Origin: Bacillota bacterium
GTDB taxonomy: Bacteria > Bacillota > Sulfobacillia > DUMF01
Length of the DNA: 64,000 nt
Assembly (NCBI GenBank): GCA_012840015.1
Contig: DUMF01000012.1
Location: forward strand, 3,807 to 67,806
Direction of reading: 5' to 3'
Shown: positions 1-10,150 of the stretch, piece by piece
Position numbering within the stretch: position 1 is the first letter of the stretch
Layout: each line of letters begins with the position of its first letter
Translations under genes and position numbers: made by a program
Notes under the pieces: generated by a model
Told to the model about the DNA's origin: nothing
What the model saw: the letters and a program-made list of their open reading frames with translations, nothing else
The model's database searches: none

Positions 1-351
1 TTGCTGCGTCGTCAGTTTTAGGCGTTTTTTAACTTCCGCGGGGCTCTTCGCTGTATTTACGAGAACCTTGCCGTTTTCCCGTAACCCTGCGGTTATGTTC
101 GCGCTCCCGATCAGCGTAGGATCCAGCACGACCACCACATCTGGCTCTTCTACGTGCGAATGAACCCTGATGGGTTCATCGCTCAGACGATTGAAGGCCA
201 GGATGGGCGCGCCCATCCTCTCAGGGCCATACTCCGGGAACCCCTGGATGTACTTTCCTGCCTTTGCAGCCGCTTCCGCGAGAAGAAGCGCTGCCGTCTT
301 CGCGCCTTGTCCACCTCTCGCATGCCACCGAACCTCAAGAAGTTGACCCAT
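1..351 (-). CDS. 2-oxoacid:ferredoxin oxidoreductase gamma subunit (PorG/PorC-like), 5' portion only; gene continues beyond window start
   Basis: Reverse-strand translation from ATG at 351 gives MGQLLEVRWHARGGQGAKTAALLLAEAAAKAGKYIQGFPEYGPERMGAPILAFNRLSDEPIRVH..., a typical POR gamma N-terminus. Strong RBS AAGGAGG lies 6 nt upstream. The gene is not in the ORF track because it runs off the window. Confidence 0.7.
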   Translation of the reverse strand, partial: MGQLLEVRWHARGGQGAKTAALLLAEAAAKAGKYIQGFPEYGPERMGAPILAFNRLSDEPIRVHSHVEEPDVVVVLDPTLIGSANITAGLRENGKVLVNTAKSPAEVKKRLKLTTQQ

Positions 352-501
352 GCTTCGACCTCCTTACTTAACTTAATGAAAATGGGGGACCAGGGCTTTA
401 TACACGTATACAACCCGAAAACACAAAACGCCGCCCCTGCTGCCCCGTCACACAACGGAGTCGCTAGGGCCCGGCCTCCCTTTCTTCCGACTGCTACTCT
501 A

Positions 502-1752
502 TCATCCACTCGAACCCTGGTCAAGGGAAACTTCTTTCCCCCTGTCCCCATTGCAAGAACCTCTGACAAGCCTGGGCACAAGTGCCATGCCCAACGCGGG
601 CAGCACAGACATCACCAAATAAATCGTCTTAAAACTGGTGTACTGGCTGAGCCCAGCGCACGCCTGCCCCAAGGCAAGCCCCAGGTCCTGTGCGGCAGTA
701 TAGATTCCGAAAGCCTTCCCCCTGCTGGGTGCCGGCGTAGCGCTAACCACGGTCGCCGTCAGAGATGGATAAGAGACCCCATATCCTATCCCGTAGAGAA
801 CCGCAGCCACAATCAGTCCCGCTGTGGAATTCACAACCGCCAGCATGCCCACAGAAACCGCAAGAAGAGATAATGCCACAAGGATCACCCAAAAAGCGCC
901 AAACCGGTTCAAGGCCCGACCGGAGAAGGTTCTAACTATGACTACCGTCATCGTGTTCGTCAAGAAAAAACCTCTATAGCCTAGTATTCCCCGCTCCTCG
1001 GCCATCATCGGGAGAAATGTCGTGGTAGCACCGAAAGAAATGGTTATACTAACCAGAATGATCGCTGCCAGGAACACGACACCATAATTCAAATAAGTCC
1101 GCTCAGCCCCGCCTTTCACCGCGCCAGCCGCACCGGGCAGTGTGCGTCCTCCTGAACTTTCGCCGCCTGGAGCACAGGCAATTCTCAAGAACCCGAGACA
1201 AATGAGAGTGACTGCCGCTACCGCCCATAACGTACCGTGAAACCCCATGCGCTCATAGAGCCAGGTACCCAGAGCTGGTCCGAACCCCTTTGCGCTGATG
1301 AAGGCTATGCTGAACCAGGCAACCGCCTCGCTCATCCGCTCTGCGGGCGCCACTGCCGTCACAAAGCCATTGGATGCCACTGTAAACGTCCCCACGCAGC
1401 AGCCCGCGATCAGCTGTCCCGCCGCCAGCACCCAGAAGCTGCGCCCCACGCCAAAAATCAGGGGCACGAGAAGGAACGCAAGTGTACTGAGGGAAAGAAG
1501 CCGAGGTGGCCCCGACCTATCCGTTGCCACTCCAGCAACAGGCCGCACCATCAGTGATGCGATGGAGAATACCGAGGCTAGCAAACCGATAACGGACTTG
1601 TCCCAGCCCCGGGACCCCAGCCACATCGGAACCACCGGTAAGAGGCCGTAATAACTACCCAAGAAAGCCACGGTAATGAGCCATATTGGAATGATCGCTC
1701 GTACGTACCATTTGCGCAGGAGCAACGCCCCACTTCCTCGCGCCCCAGTCAA
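502..1752 (-). CDS. MFS family transporter
   Basis: 416-aa ORF with about 12 hydrophobic segments and MFS-like motifs (GxxxDRxGxR-like 'ATDRSGPPR'). Confidence 0.75.
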   Translation of the reverse strand: MTGARGSGALLLRKWYVRAIIPIWLITVAFLGSYYGLLPVVPMWLGSRGWDKSVIGLLASVFSIASLMVRPVAGVATDRSGPPRLLSLSTLAFLLVPLIFGVGRSFWVLAAGQLIAGCCVGTFTVASNGFVTAVAPAERMSEAVAWFSIAFISAKGFGPALGTWLYERMGFHGTLWAVAAVTLICLGFLRIACAPGGESSGGRTLPGAAGAVKGGAERTYLNYGVVFLAAIILVSITISFGATTTFLPMMAEERGILGYRGFFLTNTMTVVIVRTFSGRALNRFGAFWVILVALSLLAVSVGMLAVVNSTAGLIVAAVLYGIGYGVSYPSLTATVVSATPAPSRGKAFGIYTAAQDLGLALGQACAGLSQYTSFKTIYLVMSVLPALGMALVPRLVRGSCNGDRGKEVSLDQGSSG

Positions 1753-1823
1753 TCTAGAATGGCACTGACACGCCTGACCTCAAGCACCATATCATAGCCA
1801 TTCTAACAGAATCTCTCGTCGCA

Positions 1824-2543
1824 TCAACTGGCCTTCCCGCCCAGGTAGGCAGTTATCAAGTCCTCTTTGTTCAGAAGCTCCTCTCTACTGCCCTCCATAA
1901 CTATCCGACCAACACTCAATACGTACGCATAATCACATGTCTCCAGGGCGAGCATGGCGTTTTGCTCCACCAAAAGAATTGTCGTACCCTGCTTGTTAAT
2001 TTCTACGATCTTATCAAAGATGTTTTCAATTATTACCGGAGCAAGCCCTAGTGAAGGCTCATCCAACATTAACACCTTGGGTTCACTCATCAGACCCCGA
2101 GCTATCGCAAGCATCTGCTGCTCGCCGCCGGACAGCGTTCCGGCCATCTGGTTCCGACGATCCTTGAGCCACGGGAACAACTGACATTGTCTATCGATAA
2201 GCTCCTGAACGTGGCCTTTCCTCCAGGTACTGTACGCTCCAATCCTCAGATTGTCGAACACAGTTAGCTGTGGGAAAACCTGCCTGCCTTCGGGCACGTG
2301 CGCAATTCCCATTTGAACGATTTCAGCTGGCGTTTTTTTGGCCAAGTCAACCCCGTCGAACTCTACTTTGCCACGGAGTATTTTCGTCAAGCCAGATATT
2401 GTGCGCAACGTGGTAGATTTGCCGGCACCGTTCGCTCCAAGGAGCGCGATGATCTTCCCGTCTGGGACAGTCACATTTATCCCGTGCAGCACGGGCCCTA
2501 CCCCGTAAGACACCTCCAAATCTTCGACTCTAAGCATTGACAA
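1824..2543 (-). CDS. livF: branched-chain amino acid ABC transporter ATP-binding protein LivF
   Basis: Walker A GANGAGKST, ABC signature LSGGEQQ, Walker B LMLDEPS. Gene size and position are typical of the liv operon. Confidence 0.85.
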   Translation of the reverse strand: MSMLRVEDLEVSYGVGPVLHGINVTVPDGKIIALLGANGAGKSTTLRTISGLTKILRGKVEFDGVDLAKKTPAEIVQMGIAHVPEGRQVFPQLTVFDNLRIGAYSTWRKGHVQELIDRQCQLFPWLKDRRNQMAGTLSGGEQQMLAIARGLMSEPKVLMLDEPSLGLAPVIIENIFDKIVEINKQGTTILLVEQNAMLALETCDYAYVLSVGRIVMEGSREELLNKEDLITAYLGGKAS

Positions 2544-3309
2544 CTCGCGCCCCCCTCTTTCCGAGGTACGCTTCCTTCACTAATTCGTTTGCCTTTATAT
2601 CCTTGAACGTACCCTCGGCTATTTTCTGGCCGTAGTTCAATACAAACACCCAGTCAGCCAAGCCCTCTACCAGCTCCATGTGATGTTCAATGAGTAAGAT
2701 AGTAATTCCCCGGTCTCTGATCTTCTTGATCAACTCTACGAGTTCGAGCGTCTCCTGAGTATTCAGTCCCGCAGCCGGCTCATCCAACAAAAGCAGTTCA
2801 GGCTTGGTCGCGAGAGCTCGACCTATCTCTACTATTCGCTGCTTCCCATAAGGCAGGTTCCGCGTTTTCTCCTGGGCTATTTTCGAAAGGCCCACGAAAT
2901 CGATGATCTCCTGCACCTCACTCTTGACTGCAGCCATTTCTTCTCTAACTGCCCGGCTGTTGACGATGACACCTAAGAGATTGGCCTTCGTGTGGATGTG
3001 CATTCCCAACCTGATGTTATCGAACACTGTCTGGTTTCCGATCAGCCGGATGTTTTGGAACGTCCTGGCAATTCCTTTCCGCACAATTAAGTGCCTCGGA
3101 AGGCCCGAGATAGTCTCCCCCTTAAACTCCACTTTTCCCGCAGTGGGGACATATATACCCGTAATCAAGTTTATCGCCGTAGTTTTGCCTGAACCGTTTG
3201 GGCCGATCAGTGCACATATTTGCCCCTTCTGTACGGTAAGGTTCAGGCCATTTACTGCTACTAGCCCTCCGAAAGATACGGTAAGATTCGTCGTCTTAAG
3301 CAAATCCAT
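2530..3309 (-). CDS. livG: branched-chain amino acid ABC transporter ATP-binding protein LivG
   Basis: Walker A GPNGSGKTT plus LivG-like N-terminus MDLLKTTNLTVSFGGL. Start chosen at the internal Met; the upstream ATG of the track ORF overlaps livM. Confidence 0.8.
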   Translation of the reverse strand: MDLLKTTNLTVSFGGLVAVNGLNLTVQKGQICALIGPNGSGKTTAINLITGIYVPTAGKVEFKGETISGLPRHLIVRKGIARTFQNIRLIGNQTVFDNIRLGMHIHTKANLLGVIVNSRAVREEMAAVKSEVQEIIDFVGLSKIAQEKTRNLPYGKQRIVEIGRALATKPELLLLDEPAAGLNTQETLELVELIKKIRDRGITILLIEHHMELVEGLADWVFVLNYGQKIAEGTFKDIKANELVKEAYLGKRGARVVNA

Positions 3310-3313
3310 GCGC

Positions 3314-4276
3314 TCAGCCCCTATCAACCAGCTTAACGCCCGGTGCGACTACACTCTTGCGTCCAAACCGGTCCTCTAGTTTCTTGTATACACCTGTGCT
3401 TGGGCCCCAAATAACCAGCAACAAGATGATAGCGTATACGAGCAATCGTGCCCTCTCCATGAATCTAAGGATTTCCGGCAACGCCGTTACCACCCCGCTC
3501 GCCAGTATCGCCCCTACCACGCTGTCCATACCACCCAGTACCACCATCAAAAGATAGGTTGCGCTATCGAGTATGGTGAAGGAGTCCGGGTTCAGGTAGC
3601 GAGTGAGCATGGCGAAGAACGCCCCAGACAGACCCGCCAGAGCGGCAGACAGGACAAACGCCATAACCTTGTAATTGCTCACGTCGACTCCCATGACTCC
3701 CGTGACGAGTGGATCCTCCTTGATCGAAAGCAGCGCCAGCCCGATCCGGGAGCGATGCAGCCGCAGCGTAGCTATAGCCACGAGCATGGTGGCTGCCACC
3801 ATAAGATAGTACACACCTAGATCGTTGTTGATCAGCCGCGGTATCCCCTGTAAACCGTAAGGGCCCCCCGTCAACTCTTCCTCGTTAAGCGCCACGATCC
3901 TAACGATCTCCCCGAATGCTATGGTTACCACCATAAGGAACGGGCCCTTCAACCTCAAGGAAGGAAAACCTAGTGCCAACCCGATCACGCCAGCTACTAC
4001 TGGCGCCGCCAGAAAAGCTAACCACAAAGGCCAGTGCGCTTTCGTGGCTAGAATCCCGTACGTGTACGCACCCGTAGCCAGAAGGCCGGCGTGACCAAGC
4101 GAAAGCGGGCCCGTATACCCCAAAAGTATCACCAGCCCAATCGCCAGGATCGCGTTCTGTAGGGAACGCTCCACGATATAGAACTGGTAGTCCGGGGGCG
4201 AAGTCAGCGGGAATATCACCAGTACCAGCGCTATTACCGCCAACGCGTTCTTTCTAAGGAAGTTCCCCAGTCTCAT
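3314..4276 (-). CDS. livM: branched-chain amino acid ABC transporter permease LivM
   Basis: 320-aa polytopic membrane protein immediately downstream of the livH-like permease and upstream of the two ATPases. Confidence 0.8.
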   Translation of the reverse strand: MRLGNFLRKNALAVIALVLVIFPLTSPPDYQFYIVERSLQNAILAIGLVILLGYTGPLSLGHAGLLATGAYTYGILATKAHWPLWLAFLAAPVVAGVIGLALGFPSLRLKGPFLMVVTIAFGEIVRIVALNEEELTGGPYGLQGIPRLINNDLGVYYLMVAATMLVAIATLRLHRSRIGLALLSIKEDPLVTGVMGVDVSNYKVMAFVLSAALAGLSGAFFAMLTRYLNPDSFTILDSATYLLMVVLGGMDSVVGAILASGVVTALPEILRFMERARLLVYAIILLLVIWGPSTGVYKKLEDRFGRKSVVAPGVKLVDRG

Positions 4277-4282
4277 TAGGCC

Positions 4283-5158
4283 TCACACCTTCTCCACTTC
4301 TATCCTCCGGAATATACCTCCGGGGCGGAACAGCAAGAACGAAACCACTACCAGAAAAGTAAACACGTCCTTATAGGTGGGCGTAACCAGTGTCGCGATA
4401 AGCGTCTCCGAGATCCCTACTATGGCGCCGCCTACCAACGCACCACTCATGCTACCCATACCGCCGATCAGCACTGAAGCGAACGCCTTTGTGGCAAGCA
4501 ATCCACCCAACTGCGGAGTAAGGGGCTGAATCGGCGTAATCAATATACCCGATATTGCCGCCAACACGGTCGAAAGCGCTATCGTTAGCGGGATTATCTG
4601 GTTCACCTTAATACCCATCAACTGCGCTGCGACGTAGTTTTGTGCAACGGCCCTCATCGCAAGGCCGGTTATAGTCTTTGTGAACAGGTACTGTAGCAGA
4701 ATCACCAGCACCGCCACTATTCCGAAAATCCAGAATACGTGCGGCATGATATACATATCGCCAAATTGGAACGCCTTATTGCCGAACACGTTTTCGTAAC
4801 TCTTCGCCATCGGACCCCAAAGTAACAGCACCGCATTCACGATTGCTACTGAAAGTGCCACTGTACCGATCAAAATTACGCTTGGCCCGAATTTTTGAAT
4901 CAGCATCGGGAAGAAATATATCGATCCCATTGCGTACCCTAACGCCAGAGTAGCGCCGAGCACCACCAACACCGCGATCGGATACGGAAGATGCCAAACT
5001 CCAAAAACGGTGAGCATTAAATAACCGCCCAGAGTGAGCAGATCTCCCTGTGAGTAGTTGAACAACCCAGTGGCGTTGTAAATCAGAGCTATTCCGAACG
5101 CCGGCAATGCATACAAAAGCCCCAGCGCCAATCCGTTTAGGGACAACTGAACCAACAT
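4283..5158 (-). CDS. livH: branched-chain amino acid ABC transporter permease LivH
   Basis: LivH-like N-terminus MLVQLSLNGLALGLLYALPAFGIALIY. Start moved to the internal Met; the longer track ORF would overlap livK. Confidence 0.75.
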   Translation of the reverse strand: MLVQLSLNGLALGLLYALPAFGIALIYNATGLFNYSQGDLLTLGGYLMLTVFGVWHLPYPIAVLVVLGATLALGYAMGSIYFFPMLIQKFGPSVILIGTVALSVAIVNAVLLLWGPMAKSYENVFGNKAFQFGDMYIMPHVFWIFGIVAVLVILLQYLFTKTITGLAMRAVAQNYVAAQLMGIKVNQIIPLTIALSTVLAAISGILITPIQPLTPQLGGLLATKAFASVLIGGMGSMSGALVGGAIVGISETLIATLVTPTYKDVFTFLVVVSFLLFRPGGIFRRIEVEKV

Positions 5159-5268
5159 CGCAAGTCCCACAGCCCATTCCCCTTTCGAGCCCACTTCAGG
5201 CATCCGGAGGCTGACATCAGCCTCCGGAACCCGTGCTAGCTCAGCCTGCAATTACCCTTATCCGTACT

Positions 5269-6456
5269 TTACCTCTGGACCGGATACTCCTCGGTATCCA
5301 AGAGTACCCACTTCCCGCCTTGCCGCACCTGCGTATGCATCCAGTGCATCAAGTTGCCTTCCTTGTCGCAAACGTAGTGACCCAGTACGCCCTGATAATC
5401 AAGCTTCGACAGCTCTTCCCGGATCTTCTCGCGGTCCGTACCGACCCGCTTAATTATGTCAGCAAGGATATAGATCGAGTCATAGTGGTTCACGTGCGTT
5501 GCCGAAATGGTGTGGCCGTACTTGGACTCGTACTTCTTGAGGAATTCCTGCTTCTTCGGGTCGGGATCGCCCGTACACCAGGTAGTCGACGTCACAAGTC
5601 CCTCGTAGTTCTCCGAGCCAGCCAGTTTCTCAACATCTGGTACAGAAGCCGCTCTTTCAGCGAATACCGGAATCTTGCTCATTCCGAGTTCGGCTCTCTG
5701 CTTGAGCATCTTACCGATTTCCGGAGTGTAGCTGAAGATAAACAACGAGTCGGCTCCTGCTTTCTTAGCAGCGAGAAGCTGAGCGGTGAAGTCCTGGTCG
5801 CCGTCGTTGAATGTCTGCACCGTCACAGGCTTGAGACCGTACTTCTCGAACGCAGGAACGATAGCCAGGTAGTTTGCCTTGGAGTAATCGTTCAATCCGT
5901 AGATTATTGCCGGCTTCTTGACCTTGAATCTCTCAACAGCAGTCTTTGCAAGGATTGGCATCCAGTACTCCGATGCGACCTGCATACGGAAGGTATATGG
6001 ATTGCCCTTCTTCGTAGTCTCCGCACTCGTACCATCAGTTATGGTCGGGATCTTCGCTTCTTTCCAGAGATACTCTGCCGCAAGCACACCGCCAGACCGG
6101 TTCGGGCCCAGCATCGCAACAGGATTAAGGGAGATAGCCTTCTTGCATGCCTCTACCGCCTGTGCTGAGTTCGATGTCTCATCAATCTCGAAGTATTCGA
6201 TCTTCTTTCCATTTATTCCGCCAGCCGCGTTGATCTCTTCCACGGCCATCTTCGCAGCGTTGATCATGTAATAGCCGTAAGATGCCGCAGAACCGGTCAG
6301 CGGAGCCATATGCGCTATTCTGATTGTTTCTTCTTTCTTGGGTTGCTCAGCAGGCTTCTTCTCCTCCGGCTTTTGTTGAGCACAACCGGTTACGACGAGT
6401 GTCGCCACAAGCACCAGAGAGAGAACAACGGCCAACAACCTAGTCTTGCGAACCAT
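5269..6456 (-). CDS. ABC transporter substrate-binding lipoprotein (LivJ/LivK family, Leu/Ile/Val-binding)
   Basis: Signal peptide with lipobox (LVVTGCAQQ). Periplasmic-binding-protein type I fold motifs. First gene of the liv operon. Confidence 0.8.
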   Translation of the reverse strand: MVRKTRLLAVVLSLVLVATLVVTGCAQQKPEEKKPAEQPKKEETIRIAHMAPLTGSAASYGYYMINAAKMAVEEINAAGGINGKKIEYFEIDETSNSAQAVEACKKAISLNPVAMLGPNRSGGVLAAEYLWKEAKIPTITDGTSAETTKKGNPYTFRMQVASEYWMPILAKTAVERFKVKKPAIIYGLNDYSKANYLAIVPAFEKYGLKPVTVQTFNDGDQDFTAQLLAAKKAGADSLFIFSYTPEIGKMLKQRAELGMSKIPVFAERAASVPDVEKLAGSENYEGLVTSTTWCTGDPDPKKQEFLKKYESKYGHTISATHVNHYDSIYILADIIKRVGTDREKIREELSKLDYQGVLGHYVCDKEGNLMHWMHTQVRQGGKWVLLDTEEYPVQR

Positions 6457-6587
6457 GTGAATCCCCCTTTGTTTGGTTTTTCACTCTTCTCCAGCTTCCT
6501 ATGAATTACTGCTTGTCCTTTTAACCCCCTCCAACCACCCCCCACTTCTTTGAGCTTCAAAGCTCGCTACATCACTTCTCAGATGAT

Positions 6588-7823
6588 TCAGATGATAGCG
6601 AGCTCACCCGCCTCATACACTATCCCAAGAGTCGGCTCAGTGGATGTGCTCGCGCGATGGTAGGCCAAGGCCTCGTCAAGAGCCTCCTTGGCCGTCGCAG
6701 CATATCCAAGCCCGATCTTGGTCAGCTGCTCCCGCTCAAGCTTCTGAGATACGACCGTGATTCGGCACTTTTCCTTGCAACGAGCGATCGTCATGTACGT
6801 GAGTGCCCCAACAGTGTCGCTTACCTCGTGCCGGTCGACCATGCCGAGCACTTCGTCAAAGCTCCTGTCGCCCAGCTCCAGCAGAATCGGGTGTCCCGGA
6901 GCGACACCTTCAGGGCAAGGCGCCACAAGTATCACAGTACCGCCTTGCTTCACACCCCTGGTAGCCACGACGAGGCTCTTCGTGCTTTGCCAAAGGTCAG
7001 TAGCGTGGCACGGCGTCGAAGCCAGTACGATGTCTACCGGCTCGAGGTTCCGCCAACAGAACACCCCTTCGGCGAAACGCACTCCCTCGCGATGTGCCTT
7101 GACTACATCTCCGGCCACGACTTTGACCAGCTCACCGGCCGAATCCACTATACAGTTTACGATAAACGCGAGGCCAACTCTATGCGCAATTTCTTCCATC
7201 TCTTTGCGCACGATGTTATCTGTCGTAGCCAGAATCTCGTGAAGGTGTATGTTCGCGAGCCTATGGACCGCAGTCGTCGTCACTGTGCTGGAGATGCCCG
7301 GCTGAATCATCTTGGCACCACCGCCCCAGCCCGCGTATATGTGAGGAACGATGCTGCCCACTGCTATCTTGAAATCTGCCTTCAAGAATTCCCTGTTAAC
7401 GGAAATAGGTACCCCGCTAGCGGTGGTCCCCATGTGCTCGCACGCTTCGTCCCTACAGTCGTGGTTCAACACTGCCCCCACACGTGAGACCACCTGAGCA
7501 CCGAAGCGGGCTTTCATCTCCTCTTCAGTCATCGGCCGATGGACGCCCAGACCAACGATAATGGTTACGTCCTTATCACGAACACCTGCACGGTTTAGCT
7601 CGTCCAGCAATATGGGGAGAATCAACTTCTGTGGAGTCGGCCTCGTGCCGTCGTCCACGAGGATGACCACGCGGGAGCCCCTCCGACACATTTCCGCAAG
7701 AGGGGGAGTCCCCACGGGATGAAGCAACGCCTCACGGATGGCCTGTTCCGGGTTGGCCAACCTGGCCACCTTTCGAGGGTATATCGACCATTTCGGTTTT
7801 AGCTTCAACTCGTCAAAAATCAA
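6588..7823 (-). CDS. LarA-family (nickel-pincer cofactor-dependent) 2-hydroxyacid racemase/epimerase homolog
   Basis: N-terminal DUF2088-type region (VILVDDGTRPTP, GLGVHRP). Conserved IVPHxxAGWGGGAK segment resembling the cofactor-tethering Lys region of LarA. Confidence 0.7.
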   Translation of the reverse strand: MIFDELKLKPKWSIYPRKVARLANPEQAIREALLHPVGTPPLAEMCRRGSRVVILVDDGTRPTPQKLILPILLDELNRAGVRDKDVTIIVGLGVHRPMTEEEMKARFGAQVVSRVGAVLNHDCRDEACEHMGTTASGVPISVNREFLKADFKIAVGSIVPHIYAGWGGGAKMIQPGISSTVTTTAVHRLANIHLHEILATTDNIVRKEMEEIAHRVGLAFIVNCIVDSAGELVKVVAGDVVKAHREGVRFAEGVFCWRNLEPVDIVLASTPCHATDLWQSTKSLVVATRGVKQGGTVILVAPCPEGVAPGHPILLELGDRSFDEVLGMVDRHEVSDTVGALTYMTIARCKEKCRITVVSQKLEREQLTKIGLGYAATAKEALDEALAYHRASTSTEPTLGIVYEAGELAII

Positions 7824-8779
7824 AACTTATTCACCTGGCTATTAGGCTTTTGTCCCGTGAGGATCCTCTTCATTTCCTCAGCAGCCTTACGCTGTAAATC
7901 AACCAGAGATTCTTCGCTGTACCACGCAGCGTGCGGAGCGAGGATAACGTTGGGCGCCTTAAGTATAGGGTTGTCAGGAGCAGGGGGCTCAGAGCTAAGC
8001 ACGTCAAGCCCGGCCGCCGACAATTTGCCCTCTTCTAGAGCCTTGGCGAGGTCCGCCTCGTTCACGAGCGGTCCTCTCGCCGTATTCACCAACACGGCAC
8101 CTTTCTTCATCTTCGCAAAGGCTGCAGCGTTAAAAACACCGCGCGTTTCCTCGGTAAGGGGAGCGTGCACGCTAATCACGTCGGACTCGCGCAGGAGCGT
8201 ATCAAAGTCCACTTTCTTGGCTCCAAACCTCTCTGCAAATTCGTCGGTGATGTACGGATCGGTCGTAATGACTTTGAAGCCGAACGCCCTGGCCTTCTCA
8301 GCCACTAGCCGAGGGATTTTCCCGAAACCAAACAGACCGAGTGTCCTCCCTTTTAGGCGGTACATGGGCTTTAACGGGGCAAGACTCCAGGTACCTGACT
8401 TCACCAGAGAATCGCTTATGTGAAGCTTCCTGCAGCAAGCGAGTATTAGCGCCATAGCTTGGTCCGAGACCTCATCGGTGCAATAATCTGGGACGTTGCA
8501 CACGATGATTTTTTTCTCTGAGGCTGCCTTCAAATCAATCGTATCTACCCCAATGCCGTATCTCACTATTCCCTTGCATTTTTTTGTAGCTTCTATAAAC
8601 GGTCTGGGGAATTTACGGTAACAATTCAATACGCCGTCTGCATCGGCAACCTCCGCTTTCAATTGCTCATCAGAAAGCTTGCTGCCGTCCACTACTTCGG
8701 CAATATCTCCGAGGATTTGCTTCTCGGGCTCGATATTTGGGAACACGTAATCCGTCACGACAACCTTGAACTTAGCCAT
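7820..8779 (-). CDS. D-isomer-specific 2-hydroxyacid dehydrogenase (glycerate/2-ketoacid reductase family)
   Basis: NAD-binding GxGxxG (GLFGFGKIPR). Catalytic region typical of the D-2-HADH family. Start set at MAKFKVVVTDY, with GGAGGTG RBS 6 nt upstream. Confidence 0.8.
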   Translation of the reverse strand: MAKFKVVVTDYVFPNIEPEKQILGDIAEVVDGSKLSDEQLKAEVADADGVLNCYRKFPRPFIEATKKCKGIVRYGIGVDTIDLKAASEKKIIVCNVPDYCTDEVSDQAMALILACCRKLHISDSLVKSGTWSLAPLKPMYRLKGRTLGLFGFGKIPRLVAEKARAFGFKVITTDPYITDEFAERFGAKKVDFDTLLRESDVISVHAPLTEETRGVFNAAAFAKMKKGAVLVNTARGPLVNEADLAKALEEGKLSAAGLDVLSSEPPAPDNPILKAPNVILAPHAAWYSEESLVDLQRKAAEEMKRILTGQKPNSQVNKF

Positions 8780-8828
8780 TAAACACACCTCCGCACAGTC
8801 CAACCATTACTACCCCACCCGCATGGCA

Positions 8829-8857
8829 CTGTATAGCCGGGTTGGGCCGGTATACAG
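8829..8857. repeat. near-perfect inverted repeat CTGTATAGCCGG-N6-CCGGTATACAG in the aldolase / dehydrogenase intercistronic spacer
   Basis: Read directly: 12-nt arm, 6-nt spacer, 11-nt arm with a single-base deletion. No U-tract follows on either strand. Confidence 0.6.
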
Positions 8858-8893
8858 ACGTACACCGGCCCGCAACACTACTAAGCCGAAAGG

Positions 8894-10114
8894 TCAGCCA
8901 ACTACCTCTTTGACTAGTTTCTTGAAATCGTACTCCGTCAGTAGGCCTTTCTTCTCGAAAGACTTTGCCTTTATGGCCTGAAGTAGGTCCATCTTCTTCT
9001 CTTCGGGGCAGTTCAGGCCAAGCTTCTGCAAATAGAAGTTGACGGAATCAATGCCGTTATTCTTGCCGAGTACGGGTTCGGGTTCCTGCTGGCCGATGAG
9101 GTTCCAGTGGTACGGTACGACCTCGAGAGGATGCTCGTCTTTAACATTGACCCACCACGACGTGACGATACCGGACTCGATCTTAAATAGCATATCGCCC
9201 AAAATGCCCTTGTTGGGCCGAACTGTCACCTTTGCAAGTTCCTGCACCAGTTTGGAGGTCTCCACGAACTTCTCGGTCTTGAGTCCTATATCCACGTTAT
9301 ACATAGTGAGCAGGGCAAGAGCAACTTCTTCGTAGGCGGTGTTGCCAGCGCGTTCACCGATCGCGCTCACAGTAGTGTGCGCTACATCTGCGCCGGCTGC
9401 CAGAGCCATTAGGGTGTTCGCAGAACCAAGCCCGAAGTCATCGTGGAAGTGAACCTCGATAGGCTTGTCAGGGATTCGCTCCTTGACGCTCTTGATCAGA
9501 TATGGCACTGCATGAGGCATCAAACCGCCAAACGTGTCCACGATGGCGCAAGCGTCCATCCAGCCATCCTTAGCAACTGTAGTGAGGAGATCCAACACCC
9601 ACTTCATGTCCGAACGGCTGCAGTCGATGGGGAAAAATACCGTGTATAGTCCTTGCTCGTGGGCGTATGTAGTAGCCTTGACCGAAAGGTCTATGGCTTT
9701 CGCCATATCCCATTTGTACGCATATTTGATCAAGTGTTCGCTTGAGGGGATCTCCACCACGATGCCTTTGACGCCACAGTCCACTGCTCTTTTTACGTCG
9801 TCCACCATGCAACGGGCAAAGGCGAATATTTCTGGGCCGAGGTTTCTCTTGACAATCTCTTTGATGGCTTCCTCATCCTGCTTAGACACTGCAGGCATTC
9901 CTGCCTCGATCCTGTGAATGCCTACTTCGGCCAGTTTTTCTGCGATCCTGATCTTATCTTCTTTCCTGAAGACGATACCCGCTTGCTGTTCGCCGTCCCT
10001 TAGCGTAACGTCATGCAACTTGATCTTCTTTGCAAAGTGCAGTTGAGACCTCACTTCGGGAGCGAAATTCCACGGGCTCGTAAACCACCTGTCTGTTTTC
10101 CACGGTTCGTTCAT
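8894..10114 (-). CDS. HMGL-like (DRE-TIM) aldolase / 2-isopropylmalate-homocitrate synthase family protein
   Basis: Pyruvate carboxyltransferase signature at the N-terminus (HDVTLRDGEQ) and TIM-barrel metal-binding HxH region. Strong RBS AAGGAGG. Confidence 0.7.
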   Translation of the reverse strand: MNEPWKTDRWFTSPWNFAPEVRSQLHFAKKIKLHDVTLRDGEQQAGIVFRKEDKIRIAEKLAEVGIHRIEAGMPAVSKQDEEAIKEIVKRNLGPEIFAFARCMVDDVKRAVDCGVKGIVVEIPSSEHLIKYAYKWDMAKAIDLSVKATTYAHEQGLYTVFFPIDCSRSDMKWVLDLLTTVAKDGWMDACAIVDTFGGLMPHAVPYLIKSVKERIPDKPIEVHFHDDFGLGSANTLMALAAGADVAHTTVSAIGERAGNTAYEEVALALLTMYNVDIGLKTEKFVETSKLVQELAKVTVRPNKGILGDMLFKIESGIVTSWWVNVKDEHPLEVVPYHWNLIGQQEPEPVLGKNNGIDSVNFYLQKLGLNCPEEKKMDLLQAIKAKSFEKKGLLTEYDFKKLVKEVVG

Positions 10115-10150
10115 TGTGATTCTCCTCCTTATCCCGACTTAAGTAATTCC

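Noticed and set aside
154-873. 239-aa plus-strand ORF
   Set aside because: Antisense to the porG 5' end and the MFS transporter. Low-complexity Arg/His/Pro-rich translation with no start context. Typical spurious ORF of GC-rich DNA.
5233-6168. 311-aa plus-strand ORF
   Set aside because: Entirely antisense to the liv substrate-binding protein gene, which has a clear signal peptide and family match.
6657-7487. 276-aa and 161-aa plus-strand ORFs
   Set aside because: Antisense to the LarA-like gene. No recognisable domains.
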